In this document: in pieces, positions 41,157 through 53,056 of the stretch | Layout of the letters: each line of letters starts with the position of its first letter | Numbering within the stretch: the first letter of the stretch is position 1 | Source: Octopus vulgaris | Lineage: Eukaryota | Direction of reading: 5' to 3' | Assembly: GCA_951406725.2 (NCBI GenBank) | Contig: OX597818.1 | Span: 85,498,001 to 85,562,000, forward strand | Length of the DNA: 64,000 nt | Notes under the pieces: model-generated | Seen by the model: the letters and a program-made list of their open reading frames with translations, nothing else | Database searches by the model: none | What the model was told of the DNA's origin: nothing | Program-made: the position numbers and the translations under genes

Positions 41157-42423
41157 TTAACCATTTTGATACCAACCCACCTGAGAGTGCCCTCAGTTCT
41201 ATGATACAAACTTCCCCATTTTAAAGGGATTTAAATTACAATTTTCCTTCAAAATTTCATGTTATGTTCTAAACATCAGCTTAATAATGACAGTTATTAT
41301 ACTAAACTTTGCATTATTTTTGAAAATTAATTTAAACAAAGACAGTATATTTCAAAATAAATATGGTAACAAAAGAGTTAAAGTGATCTAAATTAAAATC
41401 TTCCATCAAAGTTTAATGTTATGCTCTAAACATCAGCTTAATATTGACAGTTATTTTACTCAATATTTCATTATTTTTAAAATTAATTTAAACAAAGTCA
41501 GTATATTTCAACATAAATATGGTAATAAAAAGGTTAAAGTGATCTAAATAATAAATCTTCCATGAAAACTTCATGTTAATTTATGTTCCAATTATCAGCT
41601 TAATAATGGTAATGTTATTTTACTAAATCCTACTCCGTTTTCAAAATTGACTGAAACAAAACATAAATATGGTAATGAAAGAGTTAACTCTTTTGATACC
41701 TACCTGCTTGAGAATGTCCTTGCGTCTATGTTATAAATTTCATGTCTAATGTTGTCTAAATAAAAACATTCCATCAAAATTCCTTAATTTATGTTCCAAG
41801 CAACTTTATTAAAAGTAATTGACAAAGTTATTTTCCTTCGTTCTTCATTATTTTCAAAATAACTGAAGCAAAAGCAATCTATTTTGACAGAAATTTAGTA
41901 ACAAAAGGGTTAACGTGATCTAAATTAAAACCTTCCTTCAAAATTCCATGTTAATTTACATTACAAATATCAGCTTAATAATGAAGATATTTCACTAAAT
42001 TCTTCATTAATTTCAGAATTAACTGAAACAAAATACTATAGTTCAAAATAAAATATGGTAACTAAAGAATTAAAGTGATCTAAATTAAAATCTTTCATCA
42101 AAATTCAGTGCTATGCTCTAAGCATTAACTTAATATTAACAGTTATTTTGCACAATTTTTCATTGTTTCAAAAATTAATTTAAACAAAGGCAGTATATTT
42201 CATCATCAATATGATAACAGAGGTTAAAGTGATCTAAGTTCAAAACTTTCCATCAAAATTTCATGAGTGGCTGTGTGGTAAGTAGCTTGCTTACCAACCA
42301 CATGGTTCAGGGTTCAGTCCCACTGCATGGCATCTTGGGCAAGTGTCTTCTACTATAGCCTCGGGCTGACCAAAGCCTTGTGACTGGATTTGGTAGACGG
42401 AAACTGAAAGAAGCCCGTCGTAA

Positions 42424-42459
<36 letters not shown>

Positions 42460-42773
42460 TTTTCTCCCTAGCATTGCTTGACAACTGATGCTGGTGTGTT
42501 TATGTCCCCGTCACTTAGCGGTTTGGCAAAAGAGACCGATAGAATAAGTACTAGGCTTACAAAGAATAAGTCCTGGGGTCAATTTGCTCGACTAAAGCTG
42601 GTGCTCCAGCATGGCCACAGTCGAATGACTGAAGCAAGTAAAAGAGAGTTATGTTTCAAACTCTAGTTTGATAATGACAAAGTTATTCCTCTAAATTCTT
42701 TATCATTTTCAAATTTAATTGAAACATAGGTAGTACATTTCAAGAGAAATCTATCTGGTAGCAAAATGATTAA
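41157..42773 (+). repeat. Tandem array of piggyBac-like MITE units (2 full ~225-bp and 5 short ~150-160-bp units)
   Basis: Units end TGGTAACAAAA(G)GGTTAA-like at TTAA 41378, 41534, 41684, 41910, 42070, 42224 and 42770. Full units start TTAAC(C)(A/C)TTTTGATACC at 41157 and 41684. Confidence 0.85.
42265..42648 (+). mobile_element. SINE family A, near full length, inserted in the last MITE unit
   Basis: CpG-retaining copy that splits the unit sequence AAAATTTCATG|TTATGTT. Confidence 0.9.
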
Positions 42774-43254
42774 ATGCCAGATTTGGTTGTAAGACATTGG
42801 AATAATGAAAGTATAACACAGATGTGACAGATGAGCTTGTGTCAGGTAGTGTATGTTGTAAGTTTGCATTTGGTGTATATATACTGTAGTGAGAAAAACA
42901 GTGTGGAAAAAAGAGAGTTTGGAAGGAGATTTATTGTGTGTGAATGTTTGTGTATTGGAAATAAAATTAGAAAATCTTGAAATTTTATCAGTGATAGTGC
43001 TACTTATAGAGTCTTATCTTGACTAAAGGATGGTGGAGATCTTCTTGGCAAGATTTGGTCGTCTTTTTAGTATTACAGTTGTAACTAAATAACTACCAAG
43101 TGGTACAAATGACTGACCCCCTCCCAGCATTTTCCTTTATTGTTGCAGCACAGCTTGATAATTTGGTGGGGCTGTGGACTTTTGGCTGCACGTAGAATGT
43201 AAGGGAAGAACCCACCTAATTGTAGGTTTTGGTTTTCAATATTTGTTCTTTTAT

Positions 43255-43460
43255 AAGGTGCCAAGCTGGCAGAATCATTAGCATGCCAGGCATTTCATCC
43301 GTCCTTACATTCTGAGTTCAAATTCTACCAAGGTCAACTTTATCTTCCATCCTTTCAGAGTCTATAAAATTTGTACCAGTTAAGTACTGTGGTTGATTTA
43401 ATCAACTTACCCACTTTCCTGCTGAAACTGCTGACCTTGTGCTAAAATTTGAAATCAATG
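43255..43460 (+). mobile_element. SINE family B copy
   Basis: Family B motifs. Confidence 0.8.
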
Positions 43461-43636
43461 TTTGTTCTGCTGTCTGCAATTGGGCTGTCTTCAACACATT
43501 CACCCACCTTTCAATAAAAATGCATGGGGAGCAATACTTACCTCTCTACCCTTACTTTCCTTTTCAAGTACACCTTGAAAAAGTCGATTAGGGCTTGACT
43601 GAAGAGGAAATAACAACAACAACAACAATATGCAGT

Positions 43637-43960
43637 GACCCCCTTTAGTCACGAATGACCATGGGATTGCACCTAGAAAATCATCCTTCCAGGCACAAGT
43701 CCGGGCAAGGTTGTTTATGGAAGACCAGCAGTCGCCCATGCATACCAGCCTCCCCTCTCCACGCCACCAATGTTATCCAAGGGAAAGACAAAAGCCGATA
43801 CAGCTTGGCATCAGTGACATTTCTACAGCTGAGTGAACTGGAGCAATGTGAAATAAAGTGTCTTGCTCAAGAACACAACACAGAGCCTGGTCTGGGATTC
43901 AAACTCACAACCTCACGATCATAAGATCGACACTGTAACCACTGAGCCATGTGCCTTCAC
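43637..43960 (-). mobile_element. tRNA-derived SINE with RTE-like tail (family D)
   Basis: Minus strand: GTGAAGGCACATGGCTCAGTGGTTA (A box)...GAGTTTGAATCCC (B box)...TTCTTGAGCAAGACACTTTA...CCCATGGTCATTCGTGACTAAAGGGGGTC. Confidence 0.8.
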
Positions 43961-43993
43961 AGCAACAACAACAACAACAACAATAATAATAAT

Positions 43994-44208
43994 GGTTTCA
44001 AACATTGGCACAAGACCAGCAATTTCAGGGGAGGAGGCAAATCAATTACATCAACCCTAGTGCTCAACTAGTACTTATCTTATCGACCTTGAAAGGATGG
44101 AAAGGAAAGTTAACTTCAGCAGAATTTGAAATTGGACCATTAAAACAAACAAGATACTGCTAAGCATTTTGCTTGGCATGCTAACAATTCTGCCAGCTCA
44201 CCATCTCA
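43994..44208 (-). mobile_element. SINE family B copy
   Basis: Family B motifs, inverted relative to 43255-43460. Confidence 0.8.
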
Positions 44209-44673
44209 ATGATGATGATAATAGTAATAATGATAGTAATGATAATAATAAATAGTAAGCTGTATGACCATAAACTAAATAGTAGTTTAACTTCACCTCA
44301 ATACAAACAACAAAATAATAGGAAGAGAACAACCAGTGGATCCTACAACAGAAAAGAATGAAGAAAGCAGCAGTTGTGTAAGAGACCAATGCATAGCTGT
44401 GGTGCAATATTTTCATCATTTCCTTATAGATTGAGTTATATATTGGAAATTCAATTAGACCAAACAGATAATTAGAAAAATTGTGTGTTGGTGGTGATAA
44501 CAGAGGCTTATTGTTGATAGTCCTTCACATCTGCTTGTCTTCATTTCTATCTTGTTTGTCTAACTTAACACTGCTCTCACTTTCTTTGTATATCAGTCAC
44601 TAACAGACACACTCATTCATTCTACACACACACATACAAACACATATAAACATATGCATGTGTGTATAGTTTA

Positions 44674-44761
<88 letters not shown>

Positions 44762-44868
44762 CACCATCTCTTTTCTCTCCATCATGCTTTTGAGATCCAT
44801 TTCCTTATTGTTTCACCATTCCATCTTTGAAAATTATTTGCTTTCATGATTTTCTTCTTCTGTCTTAC

Positions 44869-44912
<44 letters not shown>

Positions 44913-45404
44913 CCCCTCTTTCTCTTCTTCCTCCTCTCTCTTATCTACATGTTGATCACTGCCATCCATACACCCATCTTCACCACCAACACACAAGCTC
45001 ATCCCACCCCCTTCCTATGCTTGCCACCTCTAACATGGTTAACTTGATAAACTAAAATGAAATATAAACATTTGATAAATTACTTTTGTGTGTGTGTGTA
45101 TGTGTATTTTGTTTTATGCAATAGTGAGTATTATGCCATAGGCCTACATTCTGTGTGTCTGTGTGTATGTATGCATATGTGTATATGTATTCATATATAT
45201 GTATGTATATGTAAGTATACATATGTATATGTGTCTATGTGTGTGTGTGTATACGTATGATTGTATGTCTATATATGCATGTGTGCCTGTATATGTTTAA
45301 ATATGCGTATTTCTGTGCTTTATATTTTGGTGCTTGTGTGTGTGTGTGTGTGTGTGTTTACTGTATGGAGTATTTTAATATTCTGTGTTTATTATTTTCA
45401 AAAG

Positions 45405-45950
45405 AATCATCATTATCATCATCGTTCTATTATCATCACTTTCCAAAGAATTATCACCATCACTGTCTTCCAAAGAACTACCACTATCACTCAGCACTAC
45501 TTCCATCATCATCAGCAGCAGCAGCAGCATCACTATCATCACCATGATGTTCTAAAAGATTTATTACCGTCATGCTTTCATATCGTCATTATCATAATCA
45601 GAATCCTATTTTTTTTCCTTCCTCTCCTCTTCATCATCATTGTCATCATCTTCATTGTAATTGTTGAAAGTCATCGTCATCATCATTGTCATCATCATCG
45701 TATTCATCTTCATCTCAGTTATCAGTATCCTCATCATATTCATCCTCCCCACCATCACCATCATATTACTGTCCTCATTATCATGTTCATCATTATCATT
45801 GTATCATCATCATCATATTTATCATCACTATCACCAGTATGATCATATTCAATTTCATCATCACCATCGTCATCATCATCATATTCATCATCAACATTGT
45901 CCTTATTATATCCATTGCTATCATCATCATCATTATCATGATGATCAGCA
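45405..45950. repeat. Degenerate (CAT)n low-complexity region
   Basis: Directly visible. It produces the His/Ile/Ser-rich ORFs. Confidence 0.9.
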
Positions 45951-47007
45951 TCAAATTATTTGCTTTTCATATATATTGTCTAAGATAGCCACACATACAC
46001 ACACACATGTACAGAATTTGTGTGTGTGTGTGTGTGAATATGTGCAAAGACATTCCTGCACAACTGAGATAACAGCCCCCACTACCCCATGTTTACAGCA
46101 TTATATCCTAGCCTACTGCTGCAGTATTTGAACCAGTGTTAATTAAAAGGCTAATCTGGCTGTTGTTTGATGGTTTTGCAAGGGAGAGAAGTTTAATTAA
46201 TGAAGTGCTGCTCTTACCACCACCTCCACCACCACAATCACCACCATCCCCACCACTGCAATCACTACCATCTTAAGCCATGTTCTTTTTCTTAAAAAGT
46301 AACCAAAGTATAGTGATGCTGGTGATTATGATGATGATGATGTTGATGGTTGGGGAATAGGAAGTTGTTTATGTTTCTGTTTTGGTTTTTTGTTGTTGTG
46401 TTCATGTAGCATTTGTTGATTTGTTGTTTGTTGTTTATTTTGTTTTTAACCACAAATAAACACCAACCACTATTATTATTTTTGTTATTATTATTATTAT
46501 TATCAGTATTATTAAGCAACAAGAACAACTATTGCTCACACTGCTGAAAACCATCATACAAATATGAAATGCAATAACAGCCTTCTTAAACAATAACAAC
46601 AACAACAACATATTTGTTGTCATCATTATAGACAACAGCACAACAACAACACAACCACCTCAACAGCTATTACTGACAACAACAATAACATCAATAACAT
46701 CAAACACTGCAACAGCCTATCATAGACAGCAACTCATAACAGACAGCAGTAACAACTACCACAATAACCATCACAACTACATCAGTAGTCATCATAGACA
46801 AACAACAGCCACCACCACAACCACTTCTATCACCACCACAACTACAGAGTACACGAACTTCACCTCTATAACTACAGACAACAATAACACTGCCAGAACC
46901 ATTAATATTCCTGCCTGCAAGAAATCAAGTTTAAAATAAGAAATCTGTGAAAATCAGAGAGATATCTAATGCTGCCTGTGATATTTGATGGATCATATAT
47001 ATATCAG

Positions 47008-47139
47008 AATCAGACTGGAGTCTGGTGCAGCTTACCAACCCAGGTCAAACCATTGAACCCATAACATCCCTTGTCCATGCTGGTAAGGGTTCAATGATTT
47101 GACCAGGGTTGGTAAGCTGCACCAGACTCCAGTCTGATT
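47008..47139. repeat. Inverted repeat with 53-bp arms (2 mismatches) and a 26-nt loop, derived from SINE family C
   Basis: Left arm 47008-47060 pairs with right arm 47087-47139. Confidence 0.95.
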
Positions 47140-47382
47140 TGGCATGGTTTTCTACAGCTGGATGCCCTTCCTAATGCCAACCACTCTGAGAGTGTAATGA
47201 GTGCTTTTAGATGCCACCAGCATGGGTGCCATTTGCATGACACCAGTATCTGCCACAGCTGTGATTTTGCTTGGCTCAATGGGTCTCCTTCTCAAAGCAC
47301 GACATAATGCCAAAAGCCTAGGTCATTGCTTCCATGAGGCCTAATACTCAAAAAGAACTCAGCCACTTTGCCTCCCTGAGGA

Positions 47383-47420
<38 letters not shown>

Positions 47421-48053
47421 TAGATAGATAGATTGATAGACAGACTGACAGAACAGACAGATTGATAGATAATCGTTTGACTCAGCTCCAGATGATTTAA
47501 AGTTTCATGGGCATGTGGGACAGACTTCTCATCAGATATCAGCAGAAGAATAAGAGATTTGAGACACATTCTAGATGGCTTCTATTGGTCAGCTTAGGTC
47601 AAGTGGTGTTAATGACACTTTCATTTGTCCATTCGTGTGTGTGTGTGCGTGTATAAAACAGTGGTCAAGTTAAAACCGTTGTCATGGCTATTGCTGGTTA
47701 ATCCAAGGGAAATCATAGTCACAGCCAGAGTCATGTAAATGGCACCCATGCCAGTGGCACATAAAAAGCACCCATTACACTCTTGGAGTGTTTGGCATTA
47801 GGAAGAGCATCCAGCCATAGAAACCTTGCCAAATCAGACTGGAACCTGGTGCAGCTCTCTGGCTTACTAGTTCCAGGCAAACCATCTAACCCATGCCAGT
47901 ATGGAAAGCAGATGTTAAATGATGATGATATATTATATATATATATAAATTCTATAATTAGGAGTATAATTATAATTAGGGTTCAGTGAAAATTTGCTTC
48001 ACCACATACTGAAATTTAGAAATAGCAGTTAAAACTACCCTTTATTATTATTG

Positions 48054-48085
<32 letters not shown>

Positions 48086-48251
48086 ATCTGTGTGCTCCAG
48101 AATTGTTAAAGACATGCTTCAGTTTTTCTAAAATTGAATAAAATAAATAACATAATGATGAATAGAAATGAACAAAATGAATAATGACAATAACAATATA
48201 AGGTAAATAAAATGTCAGACGTTCTGGTGCGTGACTTTTGGTCCAGAGTGG

Positions 48252-48460
48252 GGAGGTAGCAAGGCAAATAAATACAGGTAAGCTTGAGACATATATTTAC
48301 ATGGCACACAAAAAAATACTGATAACAAAAGAACAGAAGAATTATGTAAAGACTTTATATAATTCTTTTGTTCTTTTCTTTATTCTTTAATCTGTACTTT
48401 TTGCACTCAATATAAATATACATCTGAAGCTTAACTGTGTTTATCTGCCTTGCTATCTCC
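48252..48460. repeat. ~210-bp imperfect palindrome (fold-back/MITE relic) centred at 48352
   Basis: GGAGGTAGCAAGGCAAATAAATACAGGTAAGCTT pairs with AAGCTTAACTGTGTTTATCTGCCTTGCTATCTCC (30/34). Similarity continues inward to AAGAATTATGTAAAG-A-CTTTATATAATTCTT. Confidence 0.85.
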
Positions 48461-48799
48461 ATAACTGATCAGTAAGGACTGTTCATATAGCTAGCTTTTG
48501 ATGCAGAAGTGTCAACCCTGGATGAAGAAGTCAAGGTTTGAGATGCCATCCTTCTGAGCATTACTCACTGTTATCAAAGCTTGTTTTGCTTTCACCTACT
48601 CACTGTATATATTTACAGCAAGAGGTGGGGTGGGGATAAGATATGGCTGATATGAGAGGTAGAAGATTGGCAGCTAAGTGAATCTGACCAAAGAGACCAA
48701 ATAGAAACCAAAGAGACCGAATAGTAGAGTAAGATCTGTGTGTGCGTGCTTGTTTTATTTAACTTTTTTTTTTTGAAGAATTGGATTTTTTTCACAGTT

Positions 48800-49260
48800 G
48801 TTTTAAGAGAATAAAAAAATATCTTTAAGTCCATGATGTGAACTGAAACCTAATGTTGTCATATGTGATAGGGACAGAGACAGGATTCCTCTGAAGGATT
48901 TCTGGACCAATCTTGTGCAACAGGTTGCATAACTCAGGAATCAGGATGTCTCACCCAGTTGAGCAGCTACTTCTCCATATTGAGAGATCATGACTCTGGT
49001 AGTAGCAGACGTGATTAAAATATCACAGAAAAGGATCATGAGTGAGATTTTTCAAGCTGAGCCAAGTGGCAGGAGACTTTGGGGTAGACCAAGAATGAGA
49101 TGGTTGAATAATATCCATTGTCTCAGTTGGTCGCTCTTGGGGATCCAGCTAGAAAGTGTAATGACATTGCTTCTGATAGGATCCTATGGGGGAGTTGTCT
49201 GAGGACTCCATCCTCATGACTCTCCCAGGAATAGTGGGCAGAGAAGATGCATGGATGGAG
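48800..49260 (+). pseudogene. Decayed RTE-clade LINE 3' fragment
   Basis: ORF 48990-49202 contains the RTE C-terminal motif AEPSGRRLWGRPRMRWLNNI. Confidence 0.75.
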
Positions 49261-49369
49261 AGGTAGAAATATGGAAGAAAACAGAATTGATATGATATTA
49301 ATAAGTGTATAATATGGTAGATAAATGAAGAAGAGTGGATGTTATGTAAGAAATATGTTAATCTCAGAT

Positions 49370-49770
49370 TATTTACTTGTTTCAGTTATTTGATTGCAAC
49401 TATTCTTGAGCAGCACCTTGAAGGGTTCAGTGAAATGAATTGACTGCAGTACCTTTTTTTTTTTTTTTTTTATAATGCCTGGTACCTATTGTATCTGTGT
49501 CCTTCACCAAACCACTATGTTATGGTGATGTAAACAAACCAACACTGTTTATGAAGTGGTGCAGACAAATGCAAACACATGCGCGCACACACACACATAT
49601 ACACATGCTCACACACATATGCATGCAGTGGGCTTCACACAGTTTCTGTCCACCAATTTCATTCACATTGGTCAGCTCAGGGTTATGGTTGAAAACACCT
49701 GCCTAAGGTGCCATGCATTGAGACTGAACCTGAAACCATATCATTGCAAAATGAGCTGCTTAACCACACA
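49370..49770 (-). mobile_element. SINE family A (degenerate)
   Basis: Tail and head motifs on the minus strand. Confidence 0.7.
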
Positions 49771-51382
49771 TACAAAATCTTGAATGTGGTTGCATTGTGT
49801 GCATGTGACAAACACTTTTGTCGTGCAGGAATGGATGTATTGTATATCAAACAAAAAAATAAAATCTATTTAACCAGCCATTTGACCTACCTGTCCGCTC
49901 ACCACTAACACTACCACAACCATCATCATCATCATTGTCATCCAACCACTTTCTTCCACTTGCTCTCAAATGTAATTTTTGTTCATGATTTTTTGTTTTC
50001 CTTTTGTTTATAATTTTATGTATCTGTTCAGATAAAAAGGCAGAAAGGGTAAGTTTTATATCAGTAGATAGATAGATGGATAGATCGATCTGTTAGGCCT
50101 GAACACAGTGGGTGAATAGATAGATGGATTGAGCAATGGACGAATAGATCGACAGGTAGTGAGTGAGTGAGTAAGAAAGAAAGTTAGATAGTTTAAAAGG
50201 AATATAGATAGGAAATGAAATATCTGTGTGTATGAAGCAAATTGAAGCAATATTAAAGAAAGTTATGGGTCTTTTCCCATCTTGTTTTATTAGTATAAAA
50301 GCATCTACTACAATAACACACACACACACACACACACACATGTAACAACAACAATAATAATAATGATAAATAAATAAACAGGAGACAGCAATCTTTTCTG
50401 TGCTACTAAGTTTATGAGTGGGTCTATACAACATCACCCTCTTCTCCCTTTCTATTACTCCCTATATAAACAAGTTGAGAGATTAGGAGTTGCAATGGAT
50501 ATGAGCCTGGCTTAGCAATAAAACTCTCTTTACATAAGATCATATTGTCTGATAAATTACACATCGTGCATTCCAGTGCCATAAAACAGTGGCTTGGAAG
50601 AGAATAGGGAGGGCAATAGGCTTTAAAGGATGGATTTTTGTTTTTGTTTGTGCTGAGTTTTTTTTTTTTTTGCTGAGGTGTTTTTTATTATTATGTTTTT
50701 TTATGTGTTGGGAAGAGCAAAGTCTGAGGTGACTGCAGTAAGGGCCAATAACGAGAAGGTTAAAACAAAAAACAAAATATAAGGTGAGAGGATAGCTGGG
50801 TTTGTGTGTGTGTGAGCAGGGAAAAGCTGAGTAGAGGAGATTGCAGTTGGGTGTTTTTGTGGGCTGGGAAGTGCAAATAGAGGTGACTGCATCAGCAGAC
50901 TTCATGAGGCAAGGCTAGGAAAAAAAATAACAAAAATAAAAAAAATAAAGATTTTGGAAAAAGAAAACAGAGGAATTTTTTTATGGGGGTGTGGGTAGGG
51001 TAAAGAAGAGTGCTATAGAAATGGTGATTGCAGCTAGGTTGGATGAGCTGAGGTATGAGAGGGTTGGGTAAAAATATGGGTGAATGGATGGATAGATTTT
51101 TTTTATTTTAATTTTTTTTTTTTATGTAGGAATATGTGGAGGAAGAGTGTGCTTTAGGGAACTAGCTAGCTAGAGAAGGAGGTGACTACAAGGAGAGCAG
51201 GGTCAGATGGGAAGAGAAAAGAAACAAAAAGAAAGAAGACAATTCTTCAGAAATTAAAAGAATTTTTTGTGTCAAGATAGAACTAGAATTATATACATAT
51301 ATACACACATGAATATGCCCCTCTCTCTCTCTCTCTCTCACATACACACACACATATATAAAGAGAAAAAATTAGAAGAAAA

Positions 51383-51708
51383 TCCGGTAGTTAATGCAAC
51401 TGAGTATCACGTAGGTGTCTTCGGTTCATCTCCCACTGGAGGTGTCTTCATAACTTTTTTTTTTCTTTTTGCTGCATCTTGCATATATACCATTGATGTT
51501 TGTATCTATGTTTCATTTTAAAATATAATCATACATTCTTCATTCAATCTTCAATCACTAGCAGAAAATATAGGAATTAAAACTCTACCATTTACAGAAA
51601 TAGTTAAGCGTAGAATTATTTATTTCAGTGTTCGATCTTCTCATCCATTACTGAATTTTGGATATTATTTAATATTTTCTTCATTCTGACTAGCCCCCTT
51701 TTGGGGAT
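51383..51708 (+). mobile_element. Possible interspersed repeat with tRNA-like head
   Basis: TCCGGTAG...GGTTCATCTCCCACTGGA (acceptor-stem-like ends, B-box-like GGTTCA), a T-run and a terminal CCCCC-TTTT-GGGG hairpin. It is flanked by microsatellites. Confidence 0.35.
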
Positions 51709-52574
51709 ATGTGTGTTTCCACACACACATATTTATATTTATTCATATCATATATATGTATATATACTTCCATATGTATACATTTAAATATATATATACA
51801 CACACACGCACATAAACATACACATACACACACACACATGCGCACATATTTTTGTGGGTATGTGATTATCTAGTTTCAACAGAATGTTTAGCCATGCATG
51901 ATACAACTTTAGTTGCAAGAAAGGCGGATACACTTGGCTGGTTTCTTTCCTTTGAAGAGAAGTATCAATATAGTTTGAACACATAAGTGATCTTAGGTAA
52001 AGGGGTAGATGGTTGGTTAGTTGGTCGGTGGTTGGGGGTGGCCCTATGGCAAAGTTAGGAAGACTATATCAATTTCGTTCTCTCTTTAAAGACAAATATT
52101 ATAGCAATGATATTAGAGTGCGCAAATGAAGTAGCGCCAGTAAGAAATTCCTTGAAAGTCTATGAAACCAAAATATTTATGGTTGCTGCTTGACTTTATG
52201 GTATTCTCATTCATACCGTTTTCCATTTTTCTTTATGAAACAGCACCGAGTGCGATATTAAAACTACATAATATATAGTGGTCTTCTGTTGATCTTGATT
52301 TCAAATCTTACTAGGGGTATATATTGACAGTACTTGTAATATTTTGGTTTCAAATTTTGATACAGGGCCAGCAATTTTAGGGAAGTGAATAAGTCAATTA
52401 CACCAACCTCAGTATTCAACTAGTACTTATTTCATTGGCCCTGGAGGGATGAGAGGGAAAGTCAGCTTCAGTGGAATTTGAACTCAGATTGTAAAGATGG
52501 ATGAAATGCCATTAAGCATTTTTCCTGGCAAACTAACATTTCTGCCTGCTCACTGTCTTAATACTTGTTACTTA

Positions 52575-53006
52575 TTAACCCTTATGGTACCAACACACCT
52601 GAAACTTGCTCTTGGTTCTGTGACAGATTCTTTGTTTTAAAGGAAATCTAGATTTGAACTTTTAGCATTTAAACTGGCCAGATTTCAGGCCCAAACCAGC
52701 CAGATCAAGGCTTTAACACCTACCCTATAATGCCATTCTATAAATAGACAAGTGCATCCCCAAATACTGGAAGCTATGAAACAATGCATGGTTAATTCAA
52801 AACAATGTGAATAAACAAGAATTACACTTGACAGAATAAACTGAAAACTAAAGGATTAAAGCTTCTATCCAAATGTCATGTTAATTTATATTCCAAACAC
52901 AAGATTAATAATGACAAAATTAATTTATTAAATTTTCCATTATTTAAAAAATTTATTGAAATAGAAGCCACATATTTCAACAGAAATATAGTGACAAGAG
53001 GGTTAA
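52575..53006 (+). mobile_element. piggyBac-like MITE with a second TTAA-type MITE nested at ~52654-52859
   Basis: Outer element: TTAACCCTTATGGTACC...GTGACAAGAGGGTTAA. Inner element: (TTGA)ACTTTTAGCATT...AAAACTAAAGGATTAA, located at the host's internal TTAA position. Confidence 0.65.
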
Positions 53007-53056
53007 GCTGAAAGACAAGGAGGTGCTTGACAAAATAATAAACCTTACCTTACAAT

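Noticed and set aside
41157-42773. Regularly spaced repeats as a possible CRISPR-like array
   Set aside because: Units are homologous along their whole length with no unique spacers. The context is eukaryotic and the units are explained by a MITE.
47494-47540. Minus-strand CTGATGA...GAAAC hammerhead-like spacing
   Set aside because: Stem II does not pair at its base and stem III is not palindromic; at best a heavily decayed relic.
48266-48285. CAG|GTAAGC donor or ratchet-like motif
   Set aside because: It has no polypyrimidine tract and is part of the arm of the 48252-48460 palindrome.
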